DNA from: Escherichia coli | Lineage (GTDB): Bacteria; Pseudomonadota; Gammaproteobacteria; Enterobacterales; Enterobacteriaceae | Length of the DNA stretch: 64,000 nt | Assembly (NCBI RefSeq): GCF_030013595.1 | Contig: NZ_CP122771.1 | Direction: 5' to 3' (one strand) | Shown here: in pieces, positions 52,066 to 62,029 of the stretch | Layout of the letters: every line of letters begins with the position of its first letter | Numbering within the stretch: the stretch's first letter is position 1 | Notes under the pieces: model-generated | Database searches by the model: none | Seen by the model: the letters and a program-made list of their open reading frames with translations, nothing else | What the model was told of the DNA's origin: nothing | Position numbers and translations under genes: made by a program

Positions 52066-52413
52066 TTATATGCGGATGCCAGCGCGTTCCGTTCGTTTCG
52101 GGTGCTTCCAGTCGATGCCTTCGAGAAGCATGGACAACTGAGCCGGAGTAAGGTGAACCTTTCCATCGCGGGTGACCGGCCAGACGAAGCGGCCCCGCTC
52201 CAGGCGTTTGGTGAAGAGGCACAGTCCGTCACTGTCAGCCCACAGCACTTTTATCTGGTCACCCCGGCGTCCGCGGAAGATGAACAGATGCCCGGAGAAC
52301 GGGTCATCCTTCAGGACGTTCTGAACTTTTGAGGCCAGGCCGTTAAAGCCATTTCGCATATCGGTGATACCGGCAACCAGCCAGATACGCGAACCGGCAG
52401 GGAGAGATATCAT
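52066..52413 (-). CDS. IS66-family accessory protein TnpB (Orf2)
   Basis: 115 aa, MISLPAGSRIWLVAGITDMRNGFNGLA... typical IS66 Orf2. Confidence 0.85.
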   Translation of the reverse strand: MISLPAGSRIWLVAGITDMRNGFNGLASKVQNVLKDDPFSGHLFIFRGRRGDQIKVLWADSDGLCLFTKRLERGRFVWPVTRDGKVHLTPAQLSMLLEGIDWKHPKRTERAGIRI

Positions 52414-53063
52414 CAGTGGCTGCTCCCTTTCATTTCGCGGATAAGTGTCTGTAATAACGCCGGTGTCAGTTCACCTTTCAGCCTGAGAGTTCCGGCCGGC
52501 AGAACCAGCTCGCAGCACAGACTGTCTGGCAGTGTATTTATCTGTTCAGGTATCTGCACTGGTGCCGGGATTTTATTATCCGGCTCCGGAGTTAACGTCA
52601 CGGGAAGTAGCGATGTTTCATGTTCGCCGGGCGGTTGCAGGCCACCGTTACGCCAGAGATGCCGCCAGTTAAAGAGCAGGTTATCGTTAATTCCATTCTC
52701 TCGAGCTATTTGTGCGACACAAGCACCGGGTAAAAGAGTTTGCTGAACCAGTCTCCATTTAAACTCCGGTGAAAATCGGTTCCGGCGGGGTTTCTCTGCT
52801 TTCACAGGCTGAGTCACGGTCGGGGCTGAAGGGTATCGCCCCGGGAAAAGAGCCCGGGCCAGTTGCCCGCAGGAATATTCACCGGAAAGAGGCCAGTCAG
52901 TGAATACCTGGTGAAATCGCCTCACCAGAGAAAAAATGGCGGTTTTGCTGACACCGGTCTGCGCAGAAATGCGCGGGTACGACAGTGACTCGTCAAATCT
53001 CAGCTGTAGCACACGCAGGATCAATTCCGGATTGTCTGCCAGTACCGCTTTTCGTGCATTCAT
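52413..53063 (-). CDS. IS66-family accessory protein TnpA (Orf1, HTH)
   Basis: 216-aa ORF overlapping the tnpB start; first gene of the IS66 operon. Confidence 0.75.
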   Translation of the reverse strand: MNARKAVLADNPELILRVLQLRFDESLSYPRISAQTGVSKTAIFSLVRRFHQVFTDWPLSGEYSCGQLARALFPGRYPSAPTVTQPVKAEKPRRNRFSPEFKWRLVQQTLLPGACVAQIARENGINDNLLFNWRHLWRNGGLQPPGEHETSLLPVTLTPEPDNKIPAPVQIPEQINTLPDSLCCELVLPAGTLRLKGELTPALLQTLIREMKGSSH

Positions 53064-53374
53064 CTTAAATGTCCCTTTACTGCGAAAATGGACATTAGTA
53101 TCGGAAACAGGAAAGGGAGGCGAAAGACGGTTTAAATGAGACGGTTACCGTGATGCGGCAACAATCACATGGATTTCCCGTGAACGGTCTGAATGAGCGG
53201 ATTATTTTCAGGGAAAGTGAGTGTGGTCAGCGTGCAGGTATATGGGCTATGATGTGCCCGGCGCTTGAGGCTTTCTGCCTCATGACGTGAAGGTGGTTTG
53301 TTGCCGTGTTGTGTGGCAGAAAGAAGATAGCCCCGTAGTAAGTTAATTTTCATTAACCACCACGAGGCATCCCT

Positions 53375-53587
53375 ATGTCTAGTCCACATCAGGATAGCCT
53401 CTTACCGCGCTTTGCGCAAGGAGAAGAAGGCCATGAAACTACCACGAAGTTCCCTTGTCTGGTGTGTGTTGATCGTGTGTCTCACACTGTTGATATTCAC
53501 TTATCTGACACGAAAATCGCTGTGCGAGATTCGTTACAGAGACGGACACAGGGAGGTGGCGGCTTTCATGGCTTACGAATCCGGTAA
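53375..53587 (+). CDS. mok: Mok (FlmC) leader ORF overlapping hok
   Basis: 70-codon ORF overlapping hok in a different frame, as in hok/sok loci. Confidence 0.5.
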   Translation: MSSPHQDSLLPRFAQGEEGHETTTKFPCLVCVDRVSHTVDIHLSDTKIAVRDSLQRRTQGGGGFHGLRIR

Positions 53588-53591
53588 GTAG
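53433..53591 (+). CDS. hok: Hok (FlmA) post-segregational killing toxin
   Basis: 52 aa [52 protein letters not shown] matches recalled Hok. Confidence 0.9.
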   Translation: MKLPRSSLVWCVLIVCLTLLIFTYLTRKSLCEIRYRDGHREVAAFMAYESGK

Positions 53592-53902
53592 CAACCTGGA
53601 GGCGGGCGCAGGCCCGCCTTTTCAGGACTGATGCTGGTCTGACTACTGAAGCGCCTTTATAAAGGGGCTGCTGGTTCGCCGGTAGCCCCTTTCTCCTTGC
53701 TGATGTTGTACGGGCATGAACAACCTGACTTCAGGAAGGTCGTTTCCCTTCAGGAACGGGGATGAACGCGCGCCTGCGGCGCCCGTTCTTTTCCCCCGCC
53801 TTCTCTGGTTATGGCCTGTCAGAAATCACATCACCTTCCCTGTGATTATTCTCTTTTTCTTCCTGCTCTGATTCTGACTACTGCAGTGTTGTCCTGTCTG
53901 CC

Positions 53903-56246
53903 GGGTCGGGTAGCAGCGGCACATTGCTGCGCCGCCGCCCCCTAAGAACGGAGCGTGCGAGTTTTCCCGCACTCCGCTCAAGCCTTTATAAGTGCTTTCG
54001 GTGAGCACCGGCTTCCCTGCTGTGTAACTGTCGGTGGCAGTTCGGATGTAACAACTCGAGATTGGTCAGTTCGTCACTGCCGCCCATAACTTTCCTGATC
54101 CGGTGATGTATATTCCATCCGGTCTGGTTGGTTATGAGTTGTCCGCACTGCGGACAGTGTTTCCCCTGCCTCTTCCAGAGTTGAACTACTGTCTTCATCT
54201 TCTTTGATTTGCCTTTCCAGATTAGATCCAGACGACGTTCAAAGTAGATTTCCATTCCGGGGGTGTATGGTGTTGCTTCGCCTTTGATTTTTATATGGCG
54301 CTTTATCGGTGTTTCCATTGCCCGGAAGAGTGTCAGAATTTTCCCTTCCGGGGTTATGGCTTTAAAGATCCAGCGCCTGCCTTCAAAGGAGAAGTATCGT
54401 CCGGCGATCCACCGCAATCCTTTCCGGGGATGCCGTCTTACACACCATCGCCATATAGCTCGCCAGATTTGGGTGTCGACATAATTAAATGTTTCTTTCG
54501 CCACGACGTGTCGGTGATAGGTAGCCCATCCCCGGATCACCGGGTTTAGCTGGCCTATCAGTTTCCATGCCGGGAGCGTCGGATTGCGTTTAATTATTTC
54601 TCTGACTTTACAGAGGAAGTTCTTCAGGTTTTTCTTCGACGGTTTAATCAGCATTTTACCGTTGTACTTCCTGACGTTCTGCCCTAAAAAGTCGAAGCCT
54701 TTATCTATATGTGTGATCGCTGTTTTTTCTTCCGACAGTTCCAGCCCTCGTTCGCGCATGAAAGCTGCAATCAGTGGTCTGACCTCATTTTCCAGCAATT
54801 CACGGGAGCTGCCTGAACAGATGAAATCATCAGCATATCTCACATAATTCACCTGGTGCTTTGCACTGTGATAACCACTTTTCCTGAACGTTTGCATCAG
54901 TTCCTTCTCCAGTCCGTCCAGAGCCATGTTGGCGAGAACAGGGGATATGATGCCTCCCTGCGGTGTCCCGCTGTTCGTATGGTTAAACACGCCTCTTTCC
55001 ATGTAACCTGCTTTCAACCATTTTTTAAGCAGTCTCCTGTCCATCGGAATATGGGAAAGCAGCCAGTCATGGCTGATGTTATCGAAACACCCTTTAATAT
55101 CGCCCTCCAGTATCCATTTGGGCGATACTTTCTGGCTCATCCGCAGAAAAATGGACTCAATGGCGTCATGCGTGCTGCGCATTGGTCTGAAACCATAGCT
55201 GTTATGGTCAGCAGTGGTCTCGGATACGGGTTCCAGAGCCAGCAGCCACAGTGCCTGCATGGCCCGGTCCCTCATTGTGGGTATGCCCAGCGGTCGCGTT
55301 TTGCCGTTTGATTTTGGGATATGTATTCGCCGTAGTGGCTGTGGCCTGTAACCACACAGATTCAGGCTGCATATTCCTTCCCATTTCTCCTTCGGTGTGT
55401 GCCATATTTTTCCGTCAATACCGGGTGTCCTTTTACCGGTATTTTCAGTTACACGCCTGACAGCCACGGCTTTGCCGGAGAATGAGCGGGTGAGGATGCG
55501 CTGTAGTTCTCTGACCTGCCGCCATTGTTGCTGTCGGGTTGCCTTTGCAATCCGTAACTGTAGCTTTCGCACCCGGGCATGGCATGCTTTCCAGTTTATG
55601 GTGTGCCAGCCTGTCGGGTGGGGTATCGTGGACACACTGATGTGTGTATTCATCTCGCTGATATCCTTTTGACTGCTTTACAGCTTTTCATGCAATTAAA
55701 GACCAGACGGAAGTCTGCCCGCTTTCGCGTCGGGGAACCTGCCCCGTATCCCGGTTATTACGGCCGGGCATTCGCTTTTTCCGTCCTCCTATGCCCGCAC
55801 CGCTAACAGTGTTCCTTGCGGTTCACCTGCCTGTGAGGCAGCGATACGGGTTTACCAGGTTCCGCTTAACATACAGAGGGTCAGGGCGGGTTCTGTCTCT
55901 TCACCGGGGGTCTCTGCGCCCATGTGCTCCCTGTGCGCGAGGTAGCAACCGGACCCCGTACCTTTTGGTTCAGGCCTGTCAGCATCTTTGGCCTGTTGCC
56001 GATAACGGTGTTTATCAACAGTTCACATGTGTTAACCCTTCTGACCAGCCTTGCTCTCCTGCCGCATGATGCTTGCAGCAAGGTAAAGCCCCTCACGGGG
56101 CTTTACCCGGGCTGACGCCCGGCTCTCGTTGTCCCGGGAGCTTCAGACCCCGCCGTTGCCGGCAACGCCTGTCCCGGTAGGCTACAGCTAATGGGATAGC
56201 TGGTTTTATCAATGTAAAACAATACGTTAAGCGACTTCCTGTCGCA
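53903..56246 (-). mobile_element. Group II intron (about 2.34 kb) inserted in a type B leading-region repeat; low-coordinate boundary uncertain by about 10 bp
   Basis: Minus-strand 5' end GTGCGAC at 56246; domain V GAGCGGAGTGCGGGAAAACTCGCACGCTCCGTTC at 53946-53979; flanks rejoin to match uninterrupted copy 1 at 42459-42510. Confidence 0.8.
53986..55653 (-). CDS. Group II intron-encoded protein (reverse transcriptase / maturase / HNH endonuclease)
   Basis: 555 aa with RT motifs (YADD), maturase X region and C-terminal HNH-like Cys/His cluster. Confidence 0.9.
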   Translation of the reverse strand: MNTHISVSTIPHPTGWHTINWKACHARVRKLQLRIAKATRQQQWRQVRELQRILTRSFSGKAVAVRRVTENTGKRTPGIDGKIWHTPKEKWEGICSLNLCGYRPQPLRRIHIPKSNGKTRPLGIPTMRDRAMQALWLLALEPVSETTADHNSYGFRPMRSTHDAIESIFLRMSQKVSPKWILEGDIKGCFDNISHDWLLSHIPMDRRLLKKWLKAGYMERGVFNHTNSGTPQGGIISPVLANMALDGLEKELMQTFRKSGYHSAKHQVNYVRYADDFICSGSSRELLENEVRPLIAAFMRERGLELSEEKTAITHIDKGFDFLGQNVRKYNGKMLIKPSKKNLKNFLCKVREIIKRNPTLPAWKLIGQLNPVIRGWATYHRHVVAKETFNYVDTQIWRAIWRWCVRRHPRKGLRWIAGRYFSFEGRRWIFKAITPEGKILTLFRAMETPIKRHIKIKGEATPYTPGMEIYFERRLDLIWKGKSKKMKTVVQLWKRQGKHCPQCGQLITNQTGWNIHHRIRKVMGGSDELTNLELLHPNCHRQLHSREAGAHRKHL

Positions 56247-56835
56247 CGCGCACCTTCGGCTCCCGGCTGCCTGGCGGCATCCGGTCGTCAGGCCCGACTC
56301 CGACAGGCAGCTGCTGGCGCACCTGCCAGTCTCCGCCGAACCCGCTGGCGCGGTTTCGGGCTGTCGCTACGGTCCGATGCGTGAAAACCCCGGGCTTGCA
56401 GCGACCGTTCCGGTCGCGCCGCCTCTGTCGCGCCGTGGCCTGCGCTCCCGGCATCCCGGCAAAAGGCCGCCGGGATGTAAGGCGCAACGCCGTTTCGCAA
56501 ACCGCGCTTCACGTCGTTGCGGCGGGTCCCTGCCCGTTGTTGTGTCCGGTGCCATTCACCTGTTTAAGCCCCTGTCGCCGGGGGCATAGACAGCCACAAC
56601 CGTCTCCGCCAGTCCAGGGGTGAAATGCACATCCCGCAAAACTTTTTGCCCAGAAGCAGGCAAAAACTTTTGCGGTCTGCCCCCGGACAGTCGTTTCCGG
56701 CCGTGGCAGTGATGCCCCATGCGGCGAAGGTTCTCAAACAGGTGATGGTGAATACCGGAGGGAACAAAAGGCAGGTCCCCGCAAAACGTCAAAACCGCGG
56801 CTCCCGAAACTCAACAGATGATGGGGGCTGAAAAC
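56247..56835 (+). repeat. Leading-region repeat type B, copy 3 (its 5' portion at 53862-53902 is separated by the intron; hairpin at 56635-56674)
   Basis: Aligns with copy 1 from gcgcaccttcggctcccggctgcctggcgg onward. Confidence 0.7.
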
Positions 56836-56855
56836 CAGAGAGAGGAGAAAGCAGG

Positions 56856-57143
56856 ATGAGTACCCGAAATATCCACGTTAACACCGCGTCGTACACGCTT
56901 CTTGTTGCCGGGAAGAAAAAAAACACCGGGGAAGAGTGGGACGTCCTGGAATTCAGCAGCCTGACTGAGCTGAAAAAATATCGCAAAAGCCACCCGGAAA
57001 AGATGGCCTTCAGTTATAGCTACGCGCTCAGTCAGGGTGTGGATAAGCAGTTCCGCCATATCAACATTGCGGAAGCCGATCACTTCAAACAGTTCCTGCG
57101 TCAGATTAAGCGTGCCGGCCTCGATATCCGGGCGATCTGCTGA
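56856..57143 (+). CDS. Hypothetical leading-region protein (95 aa)
   Basis: RBS gagaggaga before ATG 56856; first ORF after repeat B copy 3. Confidence 0.5.
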   Translation: MSTRNIHVNTASYTLLVAGKKKNTGEEWDVLEFSSLTELKKYRKSHPEKMAFSYSYALSQGVDKQFRHINIAEADHFKQFLRQIKRAGLDIRAIC

Positions 57144-57260
57144 CCGGATGTGATGAATACCCCTCCTGATTGTTGCAATCTTGTTAATGGAGATCGGGGG
57201 GATGATATTAAGCGGAAAAATTTTTTATTAAATTTATTCTTTCATAAAGGAGTAGCTGTT

Positions 57261-58082
57261 ATGCGATTAGCTTCCCGTTTTGGTCGGTATAATTCCATCC
57301 GCCGTGAACGTCCTTTAACGGATGATGAATTAATGCAGTTCGTGCCTTCGGTATTTTCCGGTGATAAACATGAGTCCCGGAGTGAACGTTATACGTATAT
57401 TCCAACAATCAATATCATCAATAAGTTACGTGATGAAGGTTTCCAGCCATTCTTTGCCTGTCAGAGTCGGGTTCGTGATTTGGGACGTCGCGAATACAGT
57501 AAACATATGTTACGTCTTCGCAGGGAAGGGCATATTAACGGACAGGAAGTTCCTGAAATTATCCTGCTTAATTCACATGATGGTTCATCCAGTTATCAGA
57601 TGATCCCCGGAATTTTTCGTTTTGTCTGCACAAATGGCCTGGTGTGCGGAAATAATTTTGGCGAAATCCGCGTTCCACATAAAGGTGATATTGTCGGGCA
57701 GGTTATCGAGGGAGCGTATGAAGTGCTCGGTGTCTTTGATAAGGTCACTGATAATATGGAGGCGATGAAAGAAATTCATCTTAACAGTGACGAGCAACAT
57801 TTATTTGGCAGAGCTGCACTGATGGTCAGGTATGAAGATGAAAATAAAACGCCAGTGACACCTGAACAGATAATTACTCCCCGTCGTCGGGAAGACAAAC
57901 AGAACGATCTCTGGACAACCTGGCAGCGGGTTCAGGAGAATATGATAAAAGGTGGATTATCGGGGCGAAGTGCCTCCGGGAAAAATACCAGGACAAGAGC
58001 CATTACAGGTATTGATGGTGATATAAGAATCAACAAGGCGTTATGGGTGATTGCCGAACAGTTCAGAAAGTGGAAGTCATGA
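57261..58082 (+). CDS. Conserved leading-region protein (273 aa)
   Basis: RBS aagga then ATG 57261; uninterrupted ORF. Confidence 0.55.
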   Translation: MRLASRFGRYNSIRRERPLTDDELMQFVPSVFSGDKHESRSERYTYIPTINIINKLRDEGFQPFFACQSRVRDLGRREYSKHMLRLRREGHINGQEVPEIILLNSHDGSSSYQMIPGIFRFVCTNGLVCGNNFGEIRVPHKGDIVGQVIEGAYEVLGVFDKVTDNMEAMKEIHLNSDEQHLFGRAALMVRYEDENKTPVTPEQIITPRRREDKQNDLWTTWQRVQENMIKGGLSGRSASGKNTRTRAITGIDGDIRINKALWVIAEQFRKWKS

Positions 58083-58091
58083 TAATATAAG

Positions 58092-58120
58092 TAAAGCCCC
58101 GAAAAAATTTTCGGGGTTTT
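58092..58120 (+). terminator. Rho-independent terminator
   Basis: AAAGCCCCGAAAAAATTTTCGGGGTTTT perfect hairpin with T-run, 10 bp after the stop. Confidence 0.7.
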
Positions 58121-58378
58121 ACTTATATTATCATTTTTCGGCATTGCTGTGTCGTCTGATATACCTCAATTTCATCGACCGGCTTTCCGGTTGTCTGTAA
58201 ATATTGTGCCCGCGAAAAATGGTCTGGCAGGAGGCTGCGCAGTTACCGGGTATATATAAGATGGGTTCCCGCTTCGCGGGGCTTCGGCCAGTCAGTATTG
58301 TCACTCATATGATATTTTTGTGTGTGGCCTTCCATGCCGCTTTTGCGGCATAACCGGTATCTGACAATGTCTGTAAGA

Positions 58379-58888
58379 TTAATTGTTCTGCACGCTGTTA
58401 ATTTCCGGAAGTGATTTCTTCGTGGCCGGAAGCCGGATACCTTTACTGCTTTTTATCCCGGTATAAATCCGGTAAACCTCTGATGCGTAGGCAAGACGTC
58501 TCTGGTTCTGGCGTTCGGATTTCCTGAATCCTGCATTGTATGCACCAACGGCCTCCCAGGTGACGCCCCATTTTTTAAATGCTATTGCCAGATAATAAGC
58601 ACCGGTATAAATGTTCATGCAGGGATCTGTTGTCAGATGTTCCGGCTTAATTCCATAGCGGGCCAGTTCGTTAAAATGCTGGGAATCTACCTGCATCAGT
58701 CCGCTGCCATATCCCGTTACCGGATTAATACCGATGGCATTAACCCGGTAACGGGATTCTTTCCATGATATTGCTCTCAGTAAATCAGGATCTATTTTGT
58801 AATCCCGGCCTGCAAGATCAAAGCAATCAGTGGCATGGCAGATCTCATTTATAAACATCAGGCAGATGGCTAACATCCATTTTTTCAT
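58379..58888 (-). CDS. Lytic transglycosylase (SLT domain; F orf169 / gene X equivalent)
   Basis: 169 aa from ATG 58888; signal peptide; SLT motifs [10 protein letters not shown] and GLMQV; adjacent to oriT. Confidence 0.85.
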   Translation of the reverse strand: MKKWMLAICLMFINEICHATDCFDLAGRDYKIDPDLLRAISWKESRYRVNAIGINPVTGYGSGLMQVDSQHFNELARYGIKPEHLTTDPCMNIYTGAYYLAIAFKKWGVTWEAVGAYNAGFRKSERQNQRRLAYASEVYRIYTGIKSSKGIRLPATKKSLPEINSVQNN

Positions 58889-58934
58889 TTTTCCACCTCT
58901 GGTGACTTTATCCGTAAATAATTTAACCCACTCC

Positions 58935-59200
58935 ACAAAAAGGCTCAACAGGTTGGTGGTTCTCACCACCAAAAGCACCACACACTACGCAAAAACAAGT
59001 TTTTGCTGATTTGCCTTTTAAATCATGTAATTAACAAATGCTATTTATATTTAATAATTCTGAATTATTAAATAGAGAGTCGTTGGCGATCCTGTTACGA
59101 CCCTATAGCGACCCTTATTAGGATCAGTACTGACAATTTTCATGAAAAACATTGATATATATTAGGGGCGCCACTAGCGCCGGATCGCATTTTTTTATAG
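58935..59200 (+). other. oriT region with R100-type nic sequence (nic near 58979/58980 on the minus strand)
   Basis: Minus-strand TTTGCGTAGTGTGT^GGTGCTTTTGGTGGTGAGAACCACC matches recalled F-family oriT with R100-type nic core; followed by AT-rich region and inverted repeats before traM. Confidence 0.7.
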
Positions 59201-59303
59201 GATGATCCTAGAGGCGCTGCTAGGAGTGTCTTTCTTACTTGTAAACACTATATGCATATTTATAGTGAAAAGTTCATTGCTTAATTATGAAAGGTTTTAT
59301 CTT

Positions 59304-59687
59304 ATGGCCAGAGTAATTTTGTATATCAGTAATGATGTCTATGACAAAGTAAATGCGATAGTTGAACAGCGTCGTCAGGAGGGGGCAAGAGATAAAGATA
59401 TAAGTGTTTCGGGAACAGCTTCAATGCTTCTTGAACTGGGGCTTCGCGTACATCAGGCTCAGATGGAGCGTAAAGAGTCTGCATTTAATCAGACTGAGTT
59501 TAATAAATTACTTCTTGAATGTGTTGTAAAAACACAGTCATCAGTAGCGAAAATTTTGGGTATTGAGTCTCTAAGTCCCCATGTCTCCGGGAATCCAAAG
59601 TTTGAATATGCCAATATGGTTGAAGATATTCGTGAGAAGGTGTCATCTGAGATGGAACGATTTTTTCCAAAAAATGATGAGGAATAA
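59304..59687 (+). CDS. traM: TraM, oriT-binding relaxosome protein
   Basis: 127 aa MARVILYISNDVYDKVNAIVEQRRQEGARDKDISVSGTASMLLELGLRV... Confidence 0.9.
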   Translation: MARVILYISNDVYDKVNAIVEQRRQEGARDKDISVSGTASMLLELGLRVHQAQMERKESAFNQTEFNKLLLECVVKTQSSVAKILGIESLSPHVSGNPKFEYANMVEDIREKVSSEMERFFPKNDEE

Positions 59688-59794
59688 AAAAGAATTAAAA
59701 GTTGATTTACTTCAAATAACAGGATTTTGATCTGGTTCAATTTGATGACAATTAACCACATAAAGGGTATATTAATTATGTGGTTAATGCCACG

Positions 59795-59875
59795 TTAAAA
59801 ATTTAGTTTAAATCGCCGATGCAGGGAGAGCGACCTCCCTGCATCGACTGTCCATAGAATCCTTTGAGAGGAGGT
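59795..59875 (-). ncRNA. finP: FinP antisense RNA (approximate position)
   Basis: Region upstream of the traJ start contains hairpin TGCAGGGAG...CTCCCTGCA (59819-59845) where the traJ leader/finP stem-loops are expected; coordinates inferred. Confidence 0.35.
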
Positions 59876-59879
59876 TCCT

Positions 59880-60551
59880 ATGTATCCGACGGATCGTAGA
59901 CAACTTAATACTGAACGTCAAATATATTTGGATAAACAGTCTTTTGTAGATGTTTTTTCAATCCCTGCTTGCGTTCGAAATACTAATGGAGATTTTATCG
60001 GCTACAATGAAAAATTCTCTAAAGAATTTATAGGTAGTCTTGATATCAAAGAGTGGTTTTACTCCCTTCCTGTACAAGTAGCTACATCGTTTTTAAGAGA
60101 AGAACTGGATGCTATGTCTTTGCCTTCGTCCATGAATAAAATACAGAGCGTGGCTATAGGTGATAAACTCTGGCTGGTACAATTTATACCATTAATATAT
60201 GGGGAGGTGGTTAATGTTTTATGGCTTTTTTTCTGCAAAAATTCTAATGTGATAGTGGATTATTGTAGAGGATTACGTTCAAATATAACAAATGACAGAA
60301 TGCTTGAATTTAAAAACAAATCAACGGAAATCCAATGGAAAGTTTTTATTCTTTATTCATTTGGTTTTTGTCATGAATCGATAGCATCTCTTTTGTCTAT
60401 TACTAATGGTTCTTCCCGGAATGCAATTTCAGAAGTGTATAAGTTTTTCGGTATACATTCAAAACATGATTTGTTAATGATTTTTCATACAAGTAGGATG
60501 CATAGTTTATTTTTTGATGAATTGTTTTTTATTTTAAAATGTGCTGAATAG
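59880..60551 (+). CDS. traJ: TraJ, positive regulator of the tra operon
   Basis: 223-aa AT-rich ORF between traM and traY; RBS gagagg before ATG. Confidence 0.85.
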   Translation: MYPTDRRQLNTERQIYLDKQSFVDVFSIPACVRNTNGDFIGYNEKFSKEFIGSLDIKEWFYSLPVQVATSFLREELDAMSLPSSMNKIQSVAIGDKLWLVQFIPLIYGEVVNVLWLFFCKNSNVIVDYCRGLRSNITNDRMLEFKNKSTEIQWKVFILYSFGFCHESIASLLSITNGSSRNAISEVYKFFGIHSKHDLLMIFHTSRMHSLFFDELFFILKCAE

Positions 60552-60687
60552 TTGATGTTTTGTTTTTGTTAAAAACAAGGTGACATTATGTCACCTTGTT
60601 TTGTTAATGTAATTTACTCTATTTTTGTTTCTATTTTTATGGATTCGTATAATTATATTTAATTATCTAAGTGGCTGAGGAGGAGAC

Positions 60688-60915
60688 TTGAGCAGAAATA
60701 TAATAAGGCCTGCTCCGGGCAATAAAGTTTTACTGGTATTGGACGATGCTACTAATCACAAGCTCTTAGGTGCCCGGGAGCGCAGCGGGAGAACAAAAAC
60801 TAATGAGGTGCTAGTCAGGTTACGTGATCATCTGAGCCGTTTTCCTGACTTTTATAATCTGGATGCAATAAAGGAGGGAACAGGGGAAACTGATTCGATA
60901 ATTAAAGATCTTTAA
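60688..60915 (+). CDS. traY: TraY, RHH relaxosome accessory protein (TTG start, 75 aa)
   Basis: RBS gaggaggag before TTG 60688; 75 aa as in R100-type TraY. Confidence 0.8.
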   Translation: MSRNIIRPAPGNKVLLVLDDATNHKLLGARERSGRTKTNEVLVRLRDHLSRFPDFYNLDAIKEGTGETDSIIKDL

Positions 60916-60972
60916 GTTTATTAATCTATCCACAATAGAGGTAACTTATGAATGCTATTTTGAGTGTTCAGG

Positions 60973-62029
60973 GGCTTTGTTGAATAAATCGAACTTTTGC
61001 TGAGTTGAAGGATCAGATCACGCATCCTCCCGACAACACAGACCATTCCGTGGCAAAGCAAAAGTTCAGAATCACCAACTGGTCCACCTACAACAAAGCT
61101 CTCATCAACCGTGGCTCCCTCACTTTCTGGCTGGATGATGAAGCGATTCAGGCCTGGTATGAGTCGGCAACGCCTTCATCACGAGGAAGGCCCCAGCGCT
61201 ATTCTGATCTCGCCATCACCACCGTTCTGGTGATTAAACGCGTATTCCGGCTGACCCTGCGGGCTGCGCAGGGCTTTATTGATTCCATTTTTTCTCTGAT
61301 GAACGTTCCGCTACGCTGCCCGGATTACAGCTGTGTCAGCAGGCGGGCAAAGTCGGTTAATGTCAGTTTCAAAACGCCCACCCGGGGTGAAATCGCACAC
61401 CTGGTAATTGATTCCACCGGGCTGAAGGTCTTCGGTGAAGGCGAGTGGAAAGTCAAAAAGCATGGCCAGGAACGCCGCCGTATCTGGCGTAAGCTGCATC
61501 TCGCCGTTGACAGTAAAACACATGAAATCATCTGCGCTGACCTGTCGCTGAACAACGTTACGGACTCAGAGGCCTTCCCCGGGTTAATCCGGCAAACCCA
61601 CCGGAAAATCAGGTCAGCCGCCGCCGATGGCGCTTACGATACCCGGCTATGTCACGATGAACTGCGGCGTAAGAAAATCAGCGCGCTTATCCCTCCCCGA
61701 AAAGGTGCGGGTTACTGGCCCGGTGAATATGCAGACCGTAACCGTGCAGTGGCTAATCAGCGAATGACCGGGAGTAATGCGCGGTGGAAATGGACAACAG
61801 ATTACAACCGTCGCTCGATAGCGGAAACGGCGATGTACCGGGTAAAACAGCTGTTCGGGGGTTCACTGACGCTGCGTGACTACGATGGTCAGGTTGCGGA
61901 GGCTATGGCCCTGGTACGAGCGCTGAACAAAATGACGAAAGCAGGTATGCCTGAAAGCGTGCGTATTGCCTGAAAACACAACCCGCTACGGGGGAGACTT
62001 ACCCAAAATCTGATTTATTCAACAAAGCC
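60973..62029 (+). mobile_element. IS903 (IS5 family, 1057 bp) with 9-bp target duplication GTGTTCAGG
   Basis: Terminal inverted repeats GGCTTTGTTGAATAAATCG at both ends; GTGTTCAGG at 60964-60972 and 62030-62038. Confidence 0.9.
61005..61973 (+). CDS. IS903 transposase
   Basis: 322-aa ORF filling the element; DDE-type IS5-family transposase. Confidence 0.9.
   Translation: MKDQITHPPDNTDHSVAKQKFRITNWSTYNKALINRGSLTFWLDDEAIQAWYESATPSSRGRPQRYSDLAITTVLVIKRVFRLTLRAAQGFIDSIFSLMNVPLRCPDYSCVSRRAKSVNVSFKTPTRGEIAHLVIDSTGLKVFGEGEWKVKKHGQERRRIWRKLHLAVDSKTHEIICADLSLNNVTDSEAFPGLIRQTHRKIRSAAADGAYDTRLCHDELRRKKISALIPPRKGAGYWPGEYADRNRAVANQRMTGSNARWKWTTDYNRRSIAETAMYRVKQLFGGSLTLRDYDGQVAEAMALVRALNKMTKAGMPESVRIA

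Larger units (their letters stand above)
50445..53148 (-). mobile_element. IS66-family insertion sequence (2704 bp) flanked by 8-bp target duplication CGTGATGC
   Basis: CGTGATGC at 50437-50444 and 53149-53156; ends GTAAGCGGCTC... and ...GAGACGGTTAC form an imperfect terminal inverted repeat; three-ORF IS66 organisation. Confidence 0.85.

Noticed and set aside
53903-56246. Possibility that the RT gene marks a retron or DGR rather than a group II intron
   Set aside because: Presence of a canonical domain V, GTGCG 5' end, maturase and HNH regions, and precise interruption of a repeat all fit a group II intron; no msr/msd-like or variable-repeat structure seen.
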